From the human T2T-CHM13v2.0 reference genome, Homo sapiens: a DNA stretch of 64,000 bases. Position 1 is the stretch's first letter, and every line of letters begins with the position of its first letter. This document shows, one piece after another, positions 14,461-27,732 of this stretch. The stretch is from NCBI RefSeq assembly GCF_009914755.1, contig NC_060932.1, one strand, 5' to 3'. Made by a program: the position numbers and the translations under genes. Under the pieces are notes generated by a model. The model worked only from the letters and a program-made list of their open reading frames with translations. It was not told the DNA's origin and made no database searches.

Positions 14461-17224
14461 GGAAGATCAAGAAGCAATAGACACCACCCCAGAGGAATTA
14501 ACGAAGACAACCTGATGGAGATGAGTCCTTCTGAATCAGTGCTAGATAATAAAAAAGAAGACACAGAAGAAACAGTGTCAGAAATCAAATTGACATTAGA
14601 CTATCTTGCAAAATCATTCCCATTATTCAAGACTGCTTTTGACTTATAACATGAAGCCTTCTATAATATGGTCACTGAAATGAAACCAAATGGTAGAAGA
14701 AAGATTGTTGCCAATTGTTACCATATAGAAACATTTTAGTGGAAATGAAAAAGCAAAAAATTCAGACAAAAATTATGTTGTATTTCCATAAAGTTATACC
14801 AAATATGCCCACTTCTCTTACCTCCCCTTTCACCTCCGCTATCTCTTTCACCTCTGCCACCCCGGAGACAGCAAGACCAACCTCTTCCTCCTCCTCCTCA
14901 GCCTATTCAAAGTGAAGATAACAAGGATGAAGACCTTTATGATAGTCCACTTCTACTTAATGAATAGCAAATATATTTTCTCTCCATTATGATATTCTTA
15001 TTAACATTAACTTTTCTCCAGCTTATTTTATTGTAAGAATACAGTACATAGTACATATAATATACAAAATATGTATTAATCAACTGTTCATGTTACTGGT
15101 AAAGCTTACAGATGATAGGAGGCTAATTAGTACTTATGTTTGGGGAAAAACAAAAGCTATACTCGATTTTCCACTGTGTGTGTTGTGGGGGAGAGGTGTC
15201 AATGTTCCTAATCCCTGTGTATGTCAAGGCTCAACTGTACTATGAAAAAATAAAAAATCAACAATTCTTCTGAGATCCGTCAAAGAACTGAAGTCATGTC
15301 AAACCAACATGACTAAAATTGGAGAGACAGGAAAATACAGAGAATCACAGCTTACCAGAAGCAGAAGCACAAGAGCAGATGCCTACCATTCAAGAACATC
15401 CCAATAGGAACACTTAAACTGTAACTGAGAAATTGCTCAAGGTTCAGTGTCAATGAGCTAGAGGGTTAAAAACTTTGAGAAGCCCAGTCCCAGGGGCATG
15501 TGAGGGGAGAAGAAGAGGGAGGGTGGGTTAGGAACCTTAACAGATTCTCAAGGTGAAAGCATGGAGTTAAATACCTCATGCTTTCATCATGGTAGGAAAG
15601 GAAAAGTAACCCACATGAATAATACCCAGAGCTCTCTGTTCTTTTCATAAAACCTGCCTTGGAGAAAAAACATTGTAAAAGAACCTGAATGACTTAGTTT
15701 CACCAAAGCCTAATCAACCTGCATGAAAAAAAAAATGCACAACTCCAGCCGCTCCTCCCCTTCCAGTCTCACCTGACAGGAAGTAAACCTAAGGCCACAA
15801 GCTATGTAGGTTGCATCTCAAGGTCACAGGTTCAATGAAAGACTAAGACCAAATCATAGGACCATAAAATGTTTTTTGTAACTCCATAACTTATCACTGC
15901 ATCAGTTGGCTTCCAGTAAAATAACAGGAGATTACAGGTGAAAGAACTGTAAATCTCAGACTGTTTTTACAAAAGAATCTCCAGAGAAACCCAAAGACAA
16001 TGAAAGAGGCAAAAACAAGGATATTAGAGGAAATTTTACTCTCTGACACCAATAGATACAGCAAACAGTAAATACAGCCAAACTGCTAGCCAAATAAAAA
16101 ACTTCACACTGAAGTCCTATTCACCTCATTTTTTTAATTCAGTTCCATGTCCACTTTTCCACAAAAAACTTACAAGAAATGTTAAAAGACAAAAAAAACC
16201 AGTCAGGAAAGAAAAGGCAAGCATCAGCACCACTCTTGGAAATGGCAGATATTTTAGAATTATCAGACTGGAAATTTAAAATAACTATGATTAATATGTT
16301 GAGGACTCTAAAGGAAAAGGTAGACAACATGCAAAAATACATGGATAATGTAAGTAGAGAGACGGATATTTCAAGAAAGAATCAAAAGGAAAGGCTAGTA
16401 ATCAAAAACATTGTAATAGAAATAAAGAATACCTTTGACAAGCTCATCAATACATCAGGTACAACAGAGGAAAAAACAGTGAACTTGAAAATATGGCACA
16501 GAAACTTCCCAAACAGAAAATCAAGAAGAAAAAAAGAGAACAAATAGAATAACATGCCTAAGAACTGTGGAAATGACAAAAGGTATAATATAAGTGCAAT
16601 GGGAATACCAGAAGGAGAAGAGAGAAAGGAATAAAAAATATTTTAAATAATAATGAAGAAGAAATTTCCAAAATTAGTGACAGACACCAAATACAGATCC
16701 AGTAAGCATAAGCAGATAAATACCAAAGCATATAAAACACCAAACTAAACCAAAAGCAACAAAAAAAAAAAATACGTAGGGATAGCATAATCTAACTACA
16801 AAAAGTCAAAGGCAAATAGAAAAGCTAAAAAAGCCAGAGAACAATAACAACAAAAATGCATTATCTAAAGAGGAACAAGGACAAGAATTGCATCAGCCTT
16901 CTCTTGAGAAAACATACAAGCAAGAAGTGAATAGAATATAATGTTGAAAGAAAGAAAATAACAACCTAGAATTTTGTACCCAACAAAATTATCCTTCAAA
17001 ATATAGGTAACAGATACTGTGGGCCTCCTTATGTGATATAAAGTAAACAGTACCAACTATGAGGTATTTGTGCCAAAACAGTGGAACAGAAATCCAATCA
17101 GACTGTAAAGCCAAACTACATTTATAGGAAATAAGAGAAGAAAAGAAACAAGGTACATGACATCACAAGAAAGAAAACAGATTAAGTCCAGAATGTGGAA
17201 TAGCTTGTATGACAATTGGGCTGG

Positions 17225-17360
17225 TGCGAGAATCAGTTCTGTGTGTCAACTTGGCTGGGCTTTAGTCCCTAGTTGTTCAATGAAACACTGATCTAAACAT
17301 TGCTGTTAACGTATTTTGTAGATGTGCTTAAAGTCCATAATCAGTTGACTTTTAGTAAGG
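17225..17360 (+). mobile_element. MLT2 LTR 5' fragment
   Basis: tgtgtgtcaacttggctgggct...gtattttgtagatgtg...aatcagttgactttt. Confidence 0.65.
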
Positions 17361-17489
17361 AATATTAGTAAGAAATTGTCATGATTTAAATATTCCACAT
17401 TGTATACATACATCAAAATAAAACATTGTACACCAAAGTGTATACAATTTGATTTTTAAATTTAAAGTAATACTAAAAATAAAGAAAAG

Positions 17490-18500
17490 AAATGAGCTAT
17501 CAAAAAGACATGGACAAATCTTAAATGCATATTACTAAGTGAAAAAAGGCAATCTGAAAAGACTATATAGTATACAATTTTGATTATTTGACATATGGAA
17601 AAGTGTAGAGTGTAAAGAGAGTAAAAAGATCAGTGATTGCCAGGGGTTTGGAGGGATGTATAGGTGCAGCACACTGAGAATTTCGAGTACAGTGCAACTT
17701 TTCTCTATGATACTATATCAGTGGATACGTGTCATTGCACATCTGTCAAAATCTATAGAATACGTAACATAAAAATACCCAAAGGATTATAAATCATTCT
17801 ACTATAAAGACACGCGCACAAGTATGTTTATTACAGCACTGTTTACAATAGCAAAGACTTGGAACCAACCCAAATGCCCATCAATGATAGTCTGGATAAA
17901 GAAAATGTGGCACATACACAACATGGAATACTATGCAGTCATAAAAAGGATGAGTTCATATCCTTTGCAAGGACATGGATGATGCTGGAAACCATCATTC
18001 TCAGCAAACTAATGCAAGAACAGAAGACCAAACACCACATGTTCTCACTCATAAGTGGAAGCTGAACAATGAGAACACATGGACACAGGGAGGGAAAAAT
18101 CACACACCGGGGCCTGTTGGAGGTTGGGGGGCTAGCAAAGGGATAGCATTAGGAGAAATACCTAATGTAAATTACGGGTTGATGGGTGCAGCAAACCTCC
18201 ATGGTACGTGTATACCTATGCAACAAACCTGCATGTTCTGCACAAGTACCCTAGAACTTGAAGTATAATAACAAAAAGAAAAAAAAGAATCTTAATGTAA
18301 ACTATAGACTTTAGTTAATAATAGATTATCCATATTAATTCATTAATTTTAACGAGTGTACCACACTAATATAAGAAGTTAATAATAGGGGAAACTGTTT
18401 GGTGCAAGAGTGAGTGAGAGGATGCATATGAGGCCTCTGTACTTTCTGTTCAATTTTTATTTAAATCTAAAACTGCTCTAAAAATACAGTATATATAATT
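17490..18500 (+). mobile_element. L1MC-type 3' UTR interrupted by an L1PA 3' end
   Basis: aatgagctatcaa...aatcttaaatgcatattactaagtgaaa...; resumes at about 18290 with taatgtaaactatagactttagttaataat. Confidence 0.7.
17776..18288 (+). mobile_element. L1PA7/8-type 5'-truncated L1 3' end
   Basis: atacccaaaggattataaatcattctactataaagacac...gggatagcattaggagaaatacctaatgta...agaacttgaagtataata followed by an A-rich tail. Confidence 0.88.
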
Positions 18501-19396
18501 ATTTTAAAATCATAGTCTATTGAATAAACAGAATGGGAGAGAAGGAAACAATAACATTTTGGAATATGAAAAACAAACTGATGAGGGGTAATTAATTAAA
18601 AACTCAAGAAATCTGAATTTTTAGTGGGCATTGGGAAAGTTGAGAAGCAATATATTTAAACCACAGAACCCCAATTAACATAGGAATTGGCAACCCAAGG
18701 TACCTCTGGAAGTGTGAGTAAAAATGTAGCTAAAAATAAATGGATTAGCTGAAAGTTGGTTTAAGAAGAAATAGATCTCATATTCAGTTCCCAATGACTC
18801 ATCTGTGAGAGACACCAGGGTACCAGGGTAAGTGTAACATAATGAAAACAAGGGAAATAGGTGATGATTTAATGAACATTGAGACTTCTCAGTCCTTTCC
18901 TAACAATACTTAAGTTGGCTCTTTGCTTTCAGAATTACTATTTTCCAGGCAAGACTGGGATATCCTACCATGAGGAATCTCACCAGCAGAAGAGTAAAGA
19001 GCTAAGAATTCTGAAATCAGGGTTCCCCTACATATAGTTCGGTCAGATTACCATAAAGTGACGTTTACATTGTAAATCCCACCCATACAGTCAGAAATTC
19101 TAATTAGATTTAAAGTTCCTTACTTAAATATATGACATGACAATCAAGGATTTCAGACATCTGAGCAAAGTTTCTACCATTAATAAAAGAAATAAACCAA
19201 TATTGAATCATCTTGAAGGAAGAGAGACTTTTCAGAGAAATAAAATCACGGAAAATATTATTATTATTACTAGATAAATAGAGTCACATCTGAAATAAGA
19301 AAAGGATAGATTAAAATAGTATTTGAAGAATTAGAGCTCTTGGAAATTAAAAAGCAAAAAGTAAATAATGCAGGAAGTGGAAAGCTCAATAGACAA

Positions 19397-19950
19397 TGTG
19401 GTTGGCAGACCTCTAAGATGCTTCCTGATGCTCCAGACACCTGGTTTAATTCTCTACCCTTGAGAGTGGGCTGGAACTTGTCACTAACTTGCAACCAACA
19501 GAGCACAGCAAAACTGATGCCATGTCACTCCTGAAATTAGGTTACAAAAGTTTATTACTTTCCATTTGTTAGGATTCTCTTTCTTCTGCCTTCTCACTTG
19601 CTTACTCTAATTAAGCCAGTTTCCATGTTCTGAGCTTCCCAATGGAGAGGTCCATGTGGCTAGATGCCAGTGGTGGCCTCTATCCTATAACTTATGAGAA
19701 TTAGAGGCCCTCAATTCAATATCCTATAGGAATTTAATCTTATCAAGGACTACCTGAGTGAGCTAAAAAGCACACCCTCCCTGGTTGAGCTTTGACGTAC
19801 TGAGCCTTATGAGAGACCCAGCGACAGAGGACTGAGGACTTAGTTAAGCCCTACCTAGACTTCTGACCTATAGAAATTGTGAGATAGTAAATGTCATTTT
19901 AAGATGTTGTGTTTTAGTTAATGTGTTATGTAGCAATAATAATTAATACC
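19397..19950 (+). mobile_element. MLT1F-type MaLR solo LTR (donor of the 13889-14460 copy)
   Basis: Starts tgtggttggcagacctctaagatg; contains cttgagagtgggctgga and atggagaggtccatgtggc; ends gttatgtagcaataataattaatac. Confidence 0.85.
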
Positions 19951-20039
19951 AATGAGTTGGAAAATGTTAAGAAAATATCTCTGAGAATATGGTTTTAAAA
20001 AACATAAAACAAGGGTAAAAATTTGAATGACAGAGAAAG

Positions 20040-21335
20040 TAGGATTAAATAGGTGAATTGCAAGAAATTTTTTAGGGCAATGAAACTATTCTCTATGATA
20101 TTATAATAGTGCTAAATGACACTATGCAACTTGTCAAAATCAATAGAAGTTTATAGCACAAAGAGTGAACCTTAATGTATGTGAACGTTAAAAAAAATAT
20201 TTAGAAGGTTGTGGTCCCGGAATAGAAAGCAGAATATGACAAAAAATAACATAATTGTATTATAAATAATAATTAAACAACCTCACTTACAGAAGTTGGG
20301 AGAAAGTCCTGAACTAACTAACTTTGGAAATGAATGAAGTCTGCGAGACTAAGGCAAAGAATAATTTTTTAAAAAGCTGTTAATAAACATCATACTCTAA
20401 TTGATAAAGTTGTTTTCTATGGTTTTTGTAGTTAACATTTTGATACCACTATTCATTTATGCTGGAATTCAATAATGGAATGAGTAAATTCTCACTGTTG
20501 GAGTGGTAGGTTACAGTTAAACAAAAGGAGAATGCTTGAATAATCCACGTGGAAATAAATGGATTGTAGTTGGAGACTATGAACTTATTTTTGGCTTAAT
20601 GAAGATATGAATGTTTACATATAGAATAGTTTACAGATGTGATTATATGTACAGTTTAGTATACACACATATATATTTCCTTGTTTGGTCATTTGAGAAG
20701 GCCTAGAAAAATTTACACTTCTAGTGCCAGTAAGCTTAGTTAGTGCCCAGATCATGGTTTCTAATGCCATTCCCTAATAAAAGGAACCAGGGCTCCTTGA
20801 AGAAATGGCTAATCCTTGGAATGAGACAGAAAATAAACCAGATGATCCTGGAGCATCTTGTATGGCCAGAGAGTAAATCATTGATAGTGTGTACCATTAA
20901 TACGATGTGCTAAAAAAAGACTCTATATCTGTGGTTTTTCTCCCCCAAATCCATAACCCATTCTTATAATGAGAAAAATATCAAACAAATTTCAAATGAC
21001 AGACATATTACAAAACACTTTACCTGCTCCTCCAAACAATCAAGGTTATCAAAAGCAAGGAAAGTCTGAGTAATTGCCACAGTAAAAATGAGGCAAAGGA
21101 GATATGACAACTAAATGTAATGTAGGAGAGTGGAACACAAAAGGAGGTTAGGTAAAAACTAAGGGAATCTGAATCAACTACAATTTTCTTTAATAATAAT
21201 GCATCTATTATTCATTAAATATAACAAATGTATTATTATTATACTAATATAAAATATTAGTAATAGGTGAATCTTGGTGTGTAGTATGTAGGAACCCTCT
21301 GTGCTATCTTCTCAATTTTATTGTTATTTTAAAAG
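20040..21335 (+). mobile_element. L1MC3/L1MD-type 3' UTR
   Basis: tttttagggcaatgaaactattctctatgata...aaaggaaccagggctccttgaagaaatggct...gacaactaaatgtaatgt. Confidence 0.7.
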
Positions 21336-21339
21336 GTTG

Positions 21340-21718
21340 TGATATGGTTTGGCTGTGTCCCCACCCAAATCTCATCTTGAACTGTGGTTCCCATAATTCC
21401 CATATGTCCTGGAAGGGACCCGGTGGGAGGTAATTTAATCATGGGGGGCCGGTTACTGGTTACTTGCATGCTGTTCTCATGATAGTGAGTGAGTTCTCAT
21501 GGGATCTGATGGTTTTGAAAGGGGTTTTCCCCCTTTGGCCAGGCACTTCCTCTTGCTGTTGCCGTGTTAAGAAAGATGTCTTTGCTTCCCTTTCTGCAAT
21601 GATTGTGTTTCTGAGGCCTCCCCAGCCCTGCTGAATTGTGTCAATTAAACCTCCTTCTTTTATAAATTACCCACTCTTTGGTATGTCTTTATTAGCAGCG
21701 TGAGAACAGATTAATATA
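21340..21718 (+). mobile_element. THE1 (C/D-type) solo LTR
   Basis: tgatatggtttggctgtgtccccacccaaatctcatcttgaa...attagcagcgtgagaacagattaatata; 5-bp TSD ggttg/gattg. Confidence 0.92.
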
Positions 21719-22679
21719 GATTGTTTTAAAATATGAAGTAATAATGAAAATAAAATAAGTAAAATAATATAAAATAAAATTGAATTCCCAGTCCATTCGT
21801 GTAATTAAACCTCCAAATGATGATTTTCAGTTAGTGAAAATAAAATAAAACATGAAGGGGAAATTCTTCAACAAATATTTCCAAATCAAAGAGATTAAAA
21901 ATTTGCACTCTGTGCAACTGTGTTACAGCCTAACAGATGAAAATAGGCTCAGACCAACGCACATAATTATGAATTTCAGAACACAAGGGACAAGAGAAGT
22001 TCCTAAAATGTTCCACTTAAAAAAAAATACAGGCCACATTAAAAAAGATAAGGAATTGGTATGGCTTCCAATTTCTCCCTAACAGCATTAGAAACTACAT
22101 AAATACCTTAAAAATTCCCAGTGAAATAAATTTTAGCCTAGAATTGATATACCAAGCCAAACCCTTACTCCTGTAAAAATCAAATAAAGCCATTTTTGAC
22201 ATGTAAAATCACAAAAGGATTACCTTTCATGCACTCTTTCTCTGGAAGCTATTGGAGGATGTACTCCTTAAAAAGAAAGGGTATCCAAAATGAAGAGAGA
22301 CGTCAACTGTAGGAACCAAGGGTTTCAACACAAGAAGAAAAAAAGGAGCTATCTAAGATAATGGTAAAGGAATAATACAACATAATAGGTGTGCAACAAA
22401 GAGAGAATCCAGTCTATAAGAGGTGAATTAGAAGGTCCCAGGAGAGACTGATAAAATACCTGATGCATCTGAACATGTGGAGAAGACGGTGAGATAATTG
22501 GTAGACTTTAGTATTGGATGAATGATACATAAAAATCTAATATAAAAGCAATTCTACTAATTCTCCCAGGCAAACAAATTACACAGGAAAGAGAATCATT
22601 ATATATACACTGCATCATTCAGCTGAGACTATCCTATATATAGGCCCAATAATATAATAACTAATCTTGAATTAACCAA

Positions 22680-22850
22680 CATATGTAATATATAATACAT
22701 AACATATATATAATATATAACATATATATAAAACATATATATAGCATATATAATATATATGTATCATATATTATTATATGTTATGTGATATGTATAAACA
22801 TATATAGATATACATTTAAATATATATGTATACACACAACATACATAGAG
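22680..22850. repeat. Degenerate (TA)n/(CATA)n low-complexity tract
   Basis: atatgtaatatataatacataacatatatataatatataacatatatata... Confidence 0.8.
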
Positions 22851-25800
22851 AGAAAATGGGGAATGGATAGAATTTCTGTGTATAGTGGAATCAGGAAAAA
22901 AAGAAGGCAAATTTCACATTTCCACAACAGAAAGTCCCTAAATAATGTCAAATATTTAAAAATCAATAATTTTATATAAACAATATAAGCATGTTATTCA
23001 GAGACATGGAGCTAATGTCAAAACTATACAGTTTAACAGCAGTTTAATATACATGTATTGAATTTCTCCTTGGTGACACATTTTGTGTAAGTACTTTGAA
23101 TGCATACCTGATTGAACTTATGAATCTAGGACTTTATATATAAGCAATATAACAGATTTATTTAACTAGAGTGCCTCAGATTACTTCTGCTCTTTTGGAA
23201 ATAAGAAAAACTTGTATCTGTAACACATAAGGATATCACAAATAATGGAGCGAGTCCTATTTTCAGTTCTTTCAATGAAATTTGAGTTTGCGTTTCTACT
23301 ATTACAAGTGTGTTTTTCTTTGGCTTCTTTCGAGAACAGTTGGGAGCAAGAACCCAGGTGGATGTGTTACTATGATACTTGTGAGGAAATTGATGTTTTT
23401 CTTTCTATAGGAATGATAATAAAATCAGTTCTTCAACATGTATTGCTTTTGAGTTCCCCAAATAAAATAATCCACTTTACTAAAAGGTTTTGGTGAACTC
23501 CAAGTCTCTAAATACATTGAATTGAGTAAAATGTCATTTACGATCAATAGCCAAAGTAATGAAAACTAAATGCACATCTGTGATATGTAGGAAATGCTGC
23601 ACCCTTCCCCTTTTATCACTATAGTAATTTTAAAGAGTCATGTTTATAGCTCCCAACTTTTTCATGACTGGCAATGTTGAGCTTCATCCTGACTGGCTGG
23701 ACTCTTCTAAAGATACATTTTTTGTGTGTTTTAATCAAAAGAAATTTGATCAATTATCCAAAGCTAACCGCAAATGTTTAGTTCTAACCCTGAGCAAGAC
23801 TAGTCACAGTGAAACTAAAGACCACTAACTCATTAAGAAGTTATTTTTTCCCCTTGCTTTTTTCCTTTTCCAATCGGTAATTCAGTCTTATTTCCTCCCA
23901 TTCCTAATCTGAAAAGCCTCAGCTTTATCTATCACCAGTAACTGTTGAATTCTGAGCATCGCTGTTATTCACTACCTTTAAAATTATACTAACCTGCGGG
24001 CTCTTAGATTATGTTTACATGATTATTGAATGTATTATTTGAGTTATTTTCTATGCCACTATATTCCACAGAGACTCTTCAAAAGAGACTTCATATTGCA
24101 CAGTTTCTCTTCAAAAGAAATAATTTCTTACATCATGAGAATATGAGCTAAAAGTTCATTTCTTTAAAAAATGATTTGTTTCCCAAATAATTTGTCTATT
24201 TTTTGGAAATAAAGAACTATTCTAGAAAAAGCTTATAAGAATTCTCCCTGAAACTCTAGCATCATCTATGTACAATATTTTTTTCAAAATAATAAACAGA
24301 AAAGGTTTGAGCTTGAGTGATGTTTGGTTCAAGTAAAATTAGCTTGCATCTGATGAATAAAGAACTTGGCAGATTTTTTTTAAAAAAACTTATTTTGGAT
24401 TGTAACTGAAATTTAATTTCAGAAAGGAAATTTCAGTACATTAAATTACTTCCCAATGACTAAAACAGGATTATAAACTCTCTTTACTGAAATTGTATGG
24501 CTTCCTATAATATAATTTTGACATACTTATGAACCATTACAAATCTAAGCTATAACAAAAATAGGATACTTTTTTATTATTCATTTATTTTGGAAACACT
24601 TATCTAGACCACAGTTTTGTGTAACTGGAGAAACACTCTCCAGGCATTTTTTTAAAATGGATCTCTTATTCATTGAAAACAAAAAAGCCAAATTGATCTC
24701 TTTTTTTTTTGTTTTAAATGTATGTCTCCTGGTATGCTTCTATTTACCCACCCAAATGTAAAGGCTTCTTGAGAAATGTTTCCACTTGTGCTTGTAAGTT
24801 AACATTTTCCCCCAACGGAAGCATTATGTATTATTATGTAAAGTTATTTTAGTACCATTAAGCCACCTGGGTCCTCACATGTGGCTAAAATGGTGAAAGG
24901 AATATTTTAGATATTAAAGAATTGATGGTGTCCTAGACCTCAAGGTTTTATTATGGAAGAAGATAAAATTACATCTGACTTTGTCCTCACAGAGGTGCTC
25001 GGGTTAATTTTTACTCTGTGTGTAGTTGACTTATACTCTTCTGTAAAAATCATGTAAGATTCCCTACACCATCAACTTATATCTATTGATACTGAAAAAA
25101 TTTCATGACATTATGTACAAATTTGAGAATACAGAAAATAATGCTCCTTTCTCCTACTTAGCTCTTAATTCATGTTCCTAATTCATGTTCAACTTACCAC
25201 ATATATGCACCATTATCCTTCTCAAGACAAGTCTTACTCTTTATCTGAGTAAAGCCAAACAGAACAGTTACGTAGCTTGTACAGTATGTAGCTTCTTTTT
25301 ATGTAAACCTATTAATTCTAATAGGTCTAACGTGTTGACTTAAAGTATTTGTTTTCAGATATAACTTTAATACATACCAAAATTGATAAAAATTTGCTTG
25401 CGCTTATATTTCTTATATTTTAATTTAAATATTAAATATAAACAAAACTACGAAATCAATGAGCTCCAAAGTGAAACTATAATAGTGGATGGTGTTTTAT
25501 GGCTGAACATCCATTACCTACTAGGTTTAATAAGAGAGAGCTTAATTTTATGTATCTGATTTTTACTGTCATCTTGGTTCTTTTAAGTTTTAGTCCAATG
25601 GATATAAGTCATTACAATCATTGTTAATGCTTTAACAATGAACACATTTTTTATTGTTAACTACCTACTTTATGATGTAATAAATTTAATACTTCATTAA
25701 CATATGATTGTGAAGTTGTTTTCTAAATTTTATTGACCAAACAATGCTTTATTGTATGTTTGTTACTATTCTCATTATTAAGGAATACCAAGAAAGCATC

Positions 25801-26868
25801 TGTTTAAATTCACTCAAAATGTGGACACAATGTTTACAATGGAGCATGTTGTTTTGGGTTTGGCTTTATGCATGTGTCGTATGACGGCTGGACCCTCCTA
25901 TTGCTGTCTCTGCCTAATCCTCAGTTTTATGAAGCTCAGGACCTGCTGTGGCTTCTTTTGGCACAAGCAAGATGGGACATTAATGGTAACAGAGACACTG
26001 GAATCCTATATCACTATCCAGTTAAAAAGTCATGTTTCAAATAATTCAGAATGTTTGTATAATTCTTTTAGAATATCATAACAATACAAGCAAAAAATAT
26101 TAAAACCCTGTAGAAATCAGGATCTTTAGACTAGATGCCTTGGGGTCACCTTAAGGGATACCTTAGGGATCTATATTCTTAGAAACCCTGATTGTTTCCT
26201 CAAACATTCCTTTTGAAGGAAAGTGAGCAGATGGAGGAAGCAGAAAGGATGTTGATGCTAAGCATGGGCAAGAAATTGTTTCAGAAAAGACAGAAGTGTT
26301 GTAAATGGGCCAGAAAGAGTTAAAATGAATTTGAAGTCAGAACACGGGAGGCAGCTAAGCAGTTTTCCAGTTGGGCTAATGCTGGATTGTCCCAAATATG
26401 TCTGCATCTAACCTCCATTTTATGTTTTTAATGCTTAAAAATAAGAGTATTTAATCATAACATTTAATGAGGTATATACATATAAATAAATTTATAATTG
26501 GGGGCTAAGTTAATGCCAGAATTTTGCCTTTTATGTGTCCAGAAAAGGGGGATGGGCATAGATACATATCCATCTTTCCTTTTAAAATTTTGTTTATTTT
26601 ATACAACAGAGAAATGAAAAAAAGTGAAAACTTAAAATTAAGGCAAATGCAACTTAGTAGCTCTGTATGGAAGTACAGGGCCTGGCAAATGTGTGTCATA
26701 TTCACTTATTTATCAGCTTTGTATTATTCCTGTATCTTCTTTAAATAGTCATCTGGAATCAGCTGAAGCTCAAAAAAATTTAACCTTGGCTAACCTTTTC
26801 TAAAAAAGACCCCAATGTGTGACATTTGCACAGGGCCAAAAAGGAAGGGAATTAGCCTAGATGGTGAT

Positions 26869-26871
<3 letters not shown>

Positions 26872-26903
<32 letters not shown>

Positions 26904-26940
26904 TTACATATGTCTATGTGTGCATACACACACACACACG
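26872..26940. repeat. (CA)n microsatellites
   Basis: Two CA runs separated by tttttacatatgtctatgtgtg. Confidence 0.9.
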
Positions 26941-27638
26941 AACACAAGATATGTTGCTATCCACATATCAACTAGAAAGATGGAGTATTGCAGTAATATA
27001 GAGACACAAGAGTTTTAGGAAGCCTGTGAAGTGAGAACAAGATTGACAGTCTATGATGTAGCAACCTTAATAGGAAAGGAAAGAAGAAATGGCTCTATTT
27101 CTAACCTCCACCAATACTATTTTTCTTTTGTAAAACCAAACACTTCCCTGGTCATATATAAAAAAATTTCTATCTTCATACAAAAACATTAGGATATAAT
27201 GTGATTAAATATGTTGAATAGATTTATCTATATATAGCTATATAAAGATACAACATTTATCTCTCAGTTTAAGCCCCTGATTAAGATCATTTTAATTTGT
27301 AATCTAAGAGTATTGCTGTTCTGAAGCTGTCAGATTTGGCAACAGGAATATTCTTCTTTCTATACCTCTTTTCTTCTCCCCAGTTTGCACCTTTATTGGC
27401 TTTTCCTCCCATGTTAGCCTGACAGTCAGTCCTAATAGTGTCTCTTATAAATCTTCACTTTTAAACCATGATTCTATTTGAACATTTTTGTCTCTTTTGC
27501 AGTTAAATTTAAATAAAATACAGCTGGGTCTTCTACAACTCAAAGCGTATCTATTCCTGACTAAATTTAATATAACTGTATCTACCACATACTCTCAACA
27601 CTTCAGTCACTGTTAGACATGAGTGATGCATGTGTTTG

Positions 27639-27732
27639 TAGACTATATATATATATATATATATATATAGACTATATGTATATATATATATAGACTATAT
27701 GTGTGTGTATATATATATATATACATATATAC
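27639..27732. repeat. Compound (TA)n microsatellite with three tagactatat units
   Basis: tagactatatatat... occurs three times with variable TA/TG runs. Confidence 0.9.

Larger units (their letters stand above)
18520..22680 (+). mobile_element. HAL1 element in pieces (about 18520-19395, 19951-20040, 21790-22680)
   Basis: gggaaagttgagaagcaa...aggaattggcaacccaaggtacctctggaagtg matches recalled HAL1. ORF 21852-22082 (...RLRPTHIIMNFRTQGTRE...) resembles ORF1p. Confidence 0.6.

Noticed and set aside
13889-20033. Two MLT1F copies as the paired LTRs of one MaLR provirus
   Set aside because: The left copy lacks the LTR 5' end and includes non-LTR flank. The intervening DNA is Tigger2/L1/HAL1, and identity is too high for the age of MLT1F.
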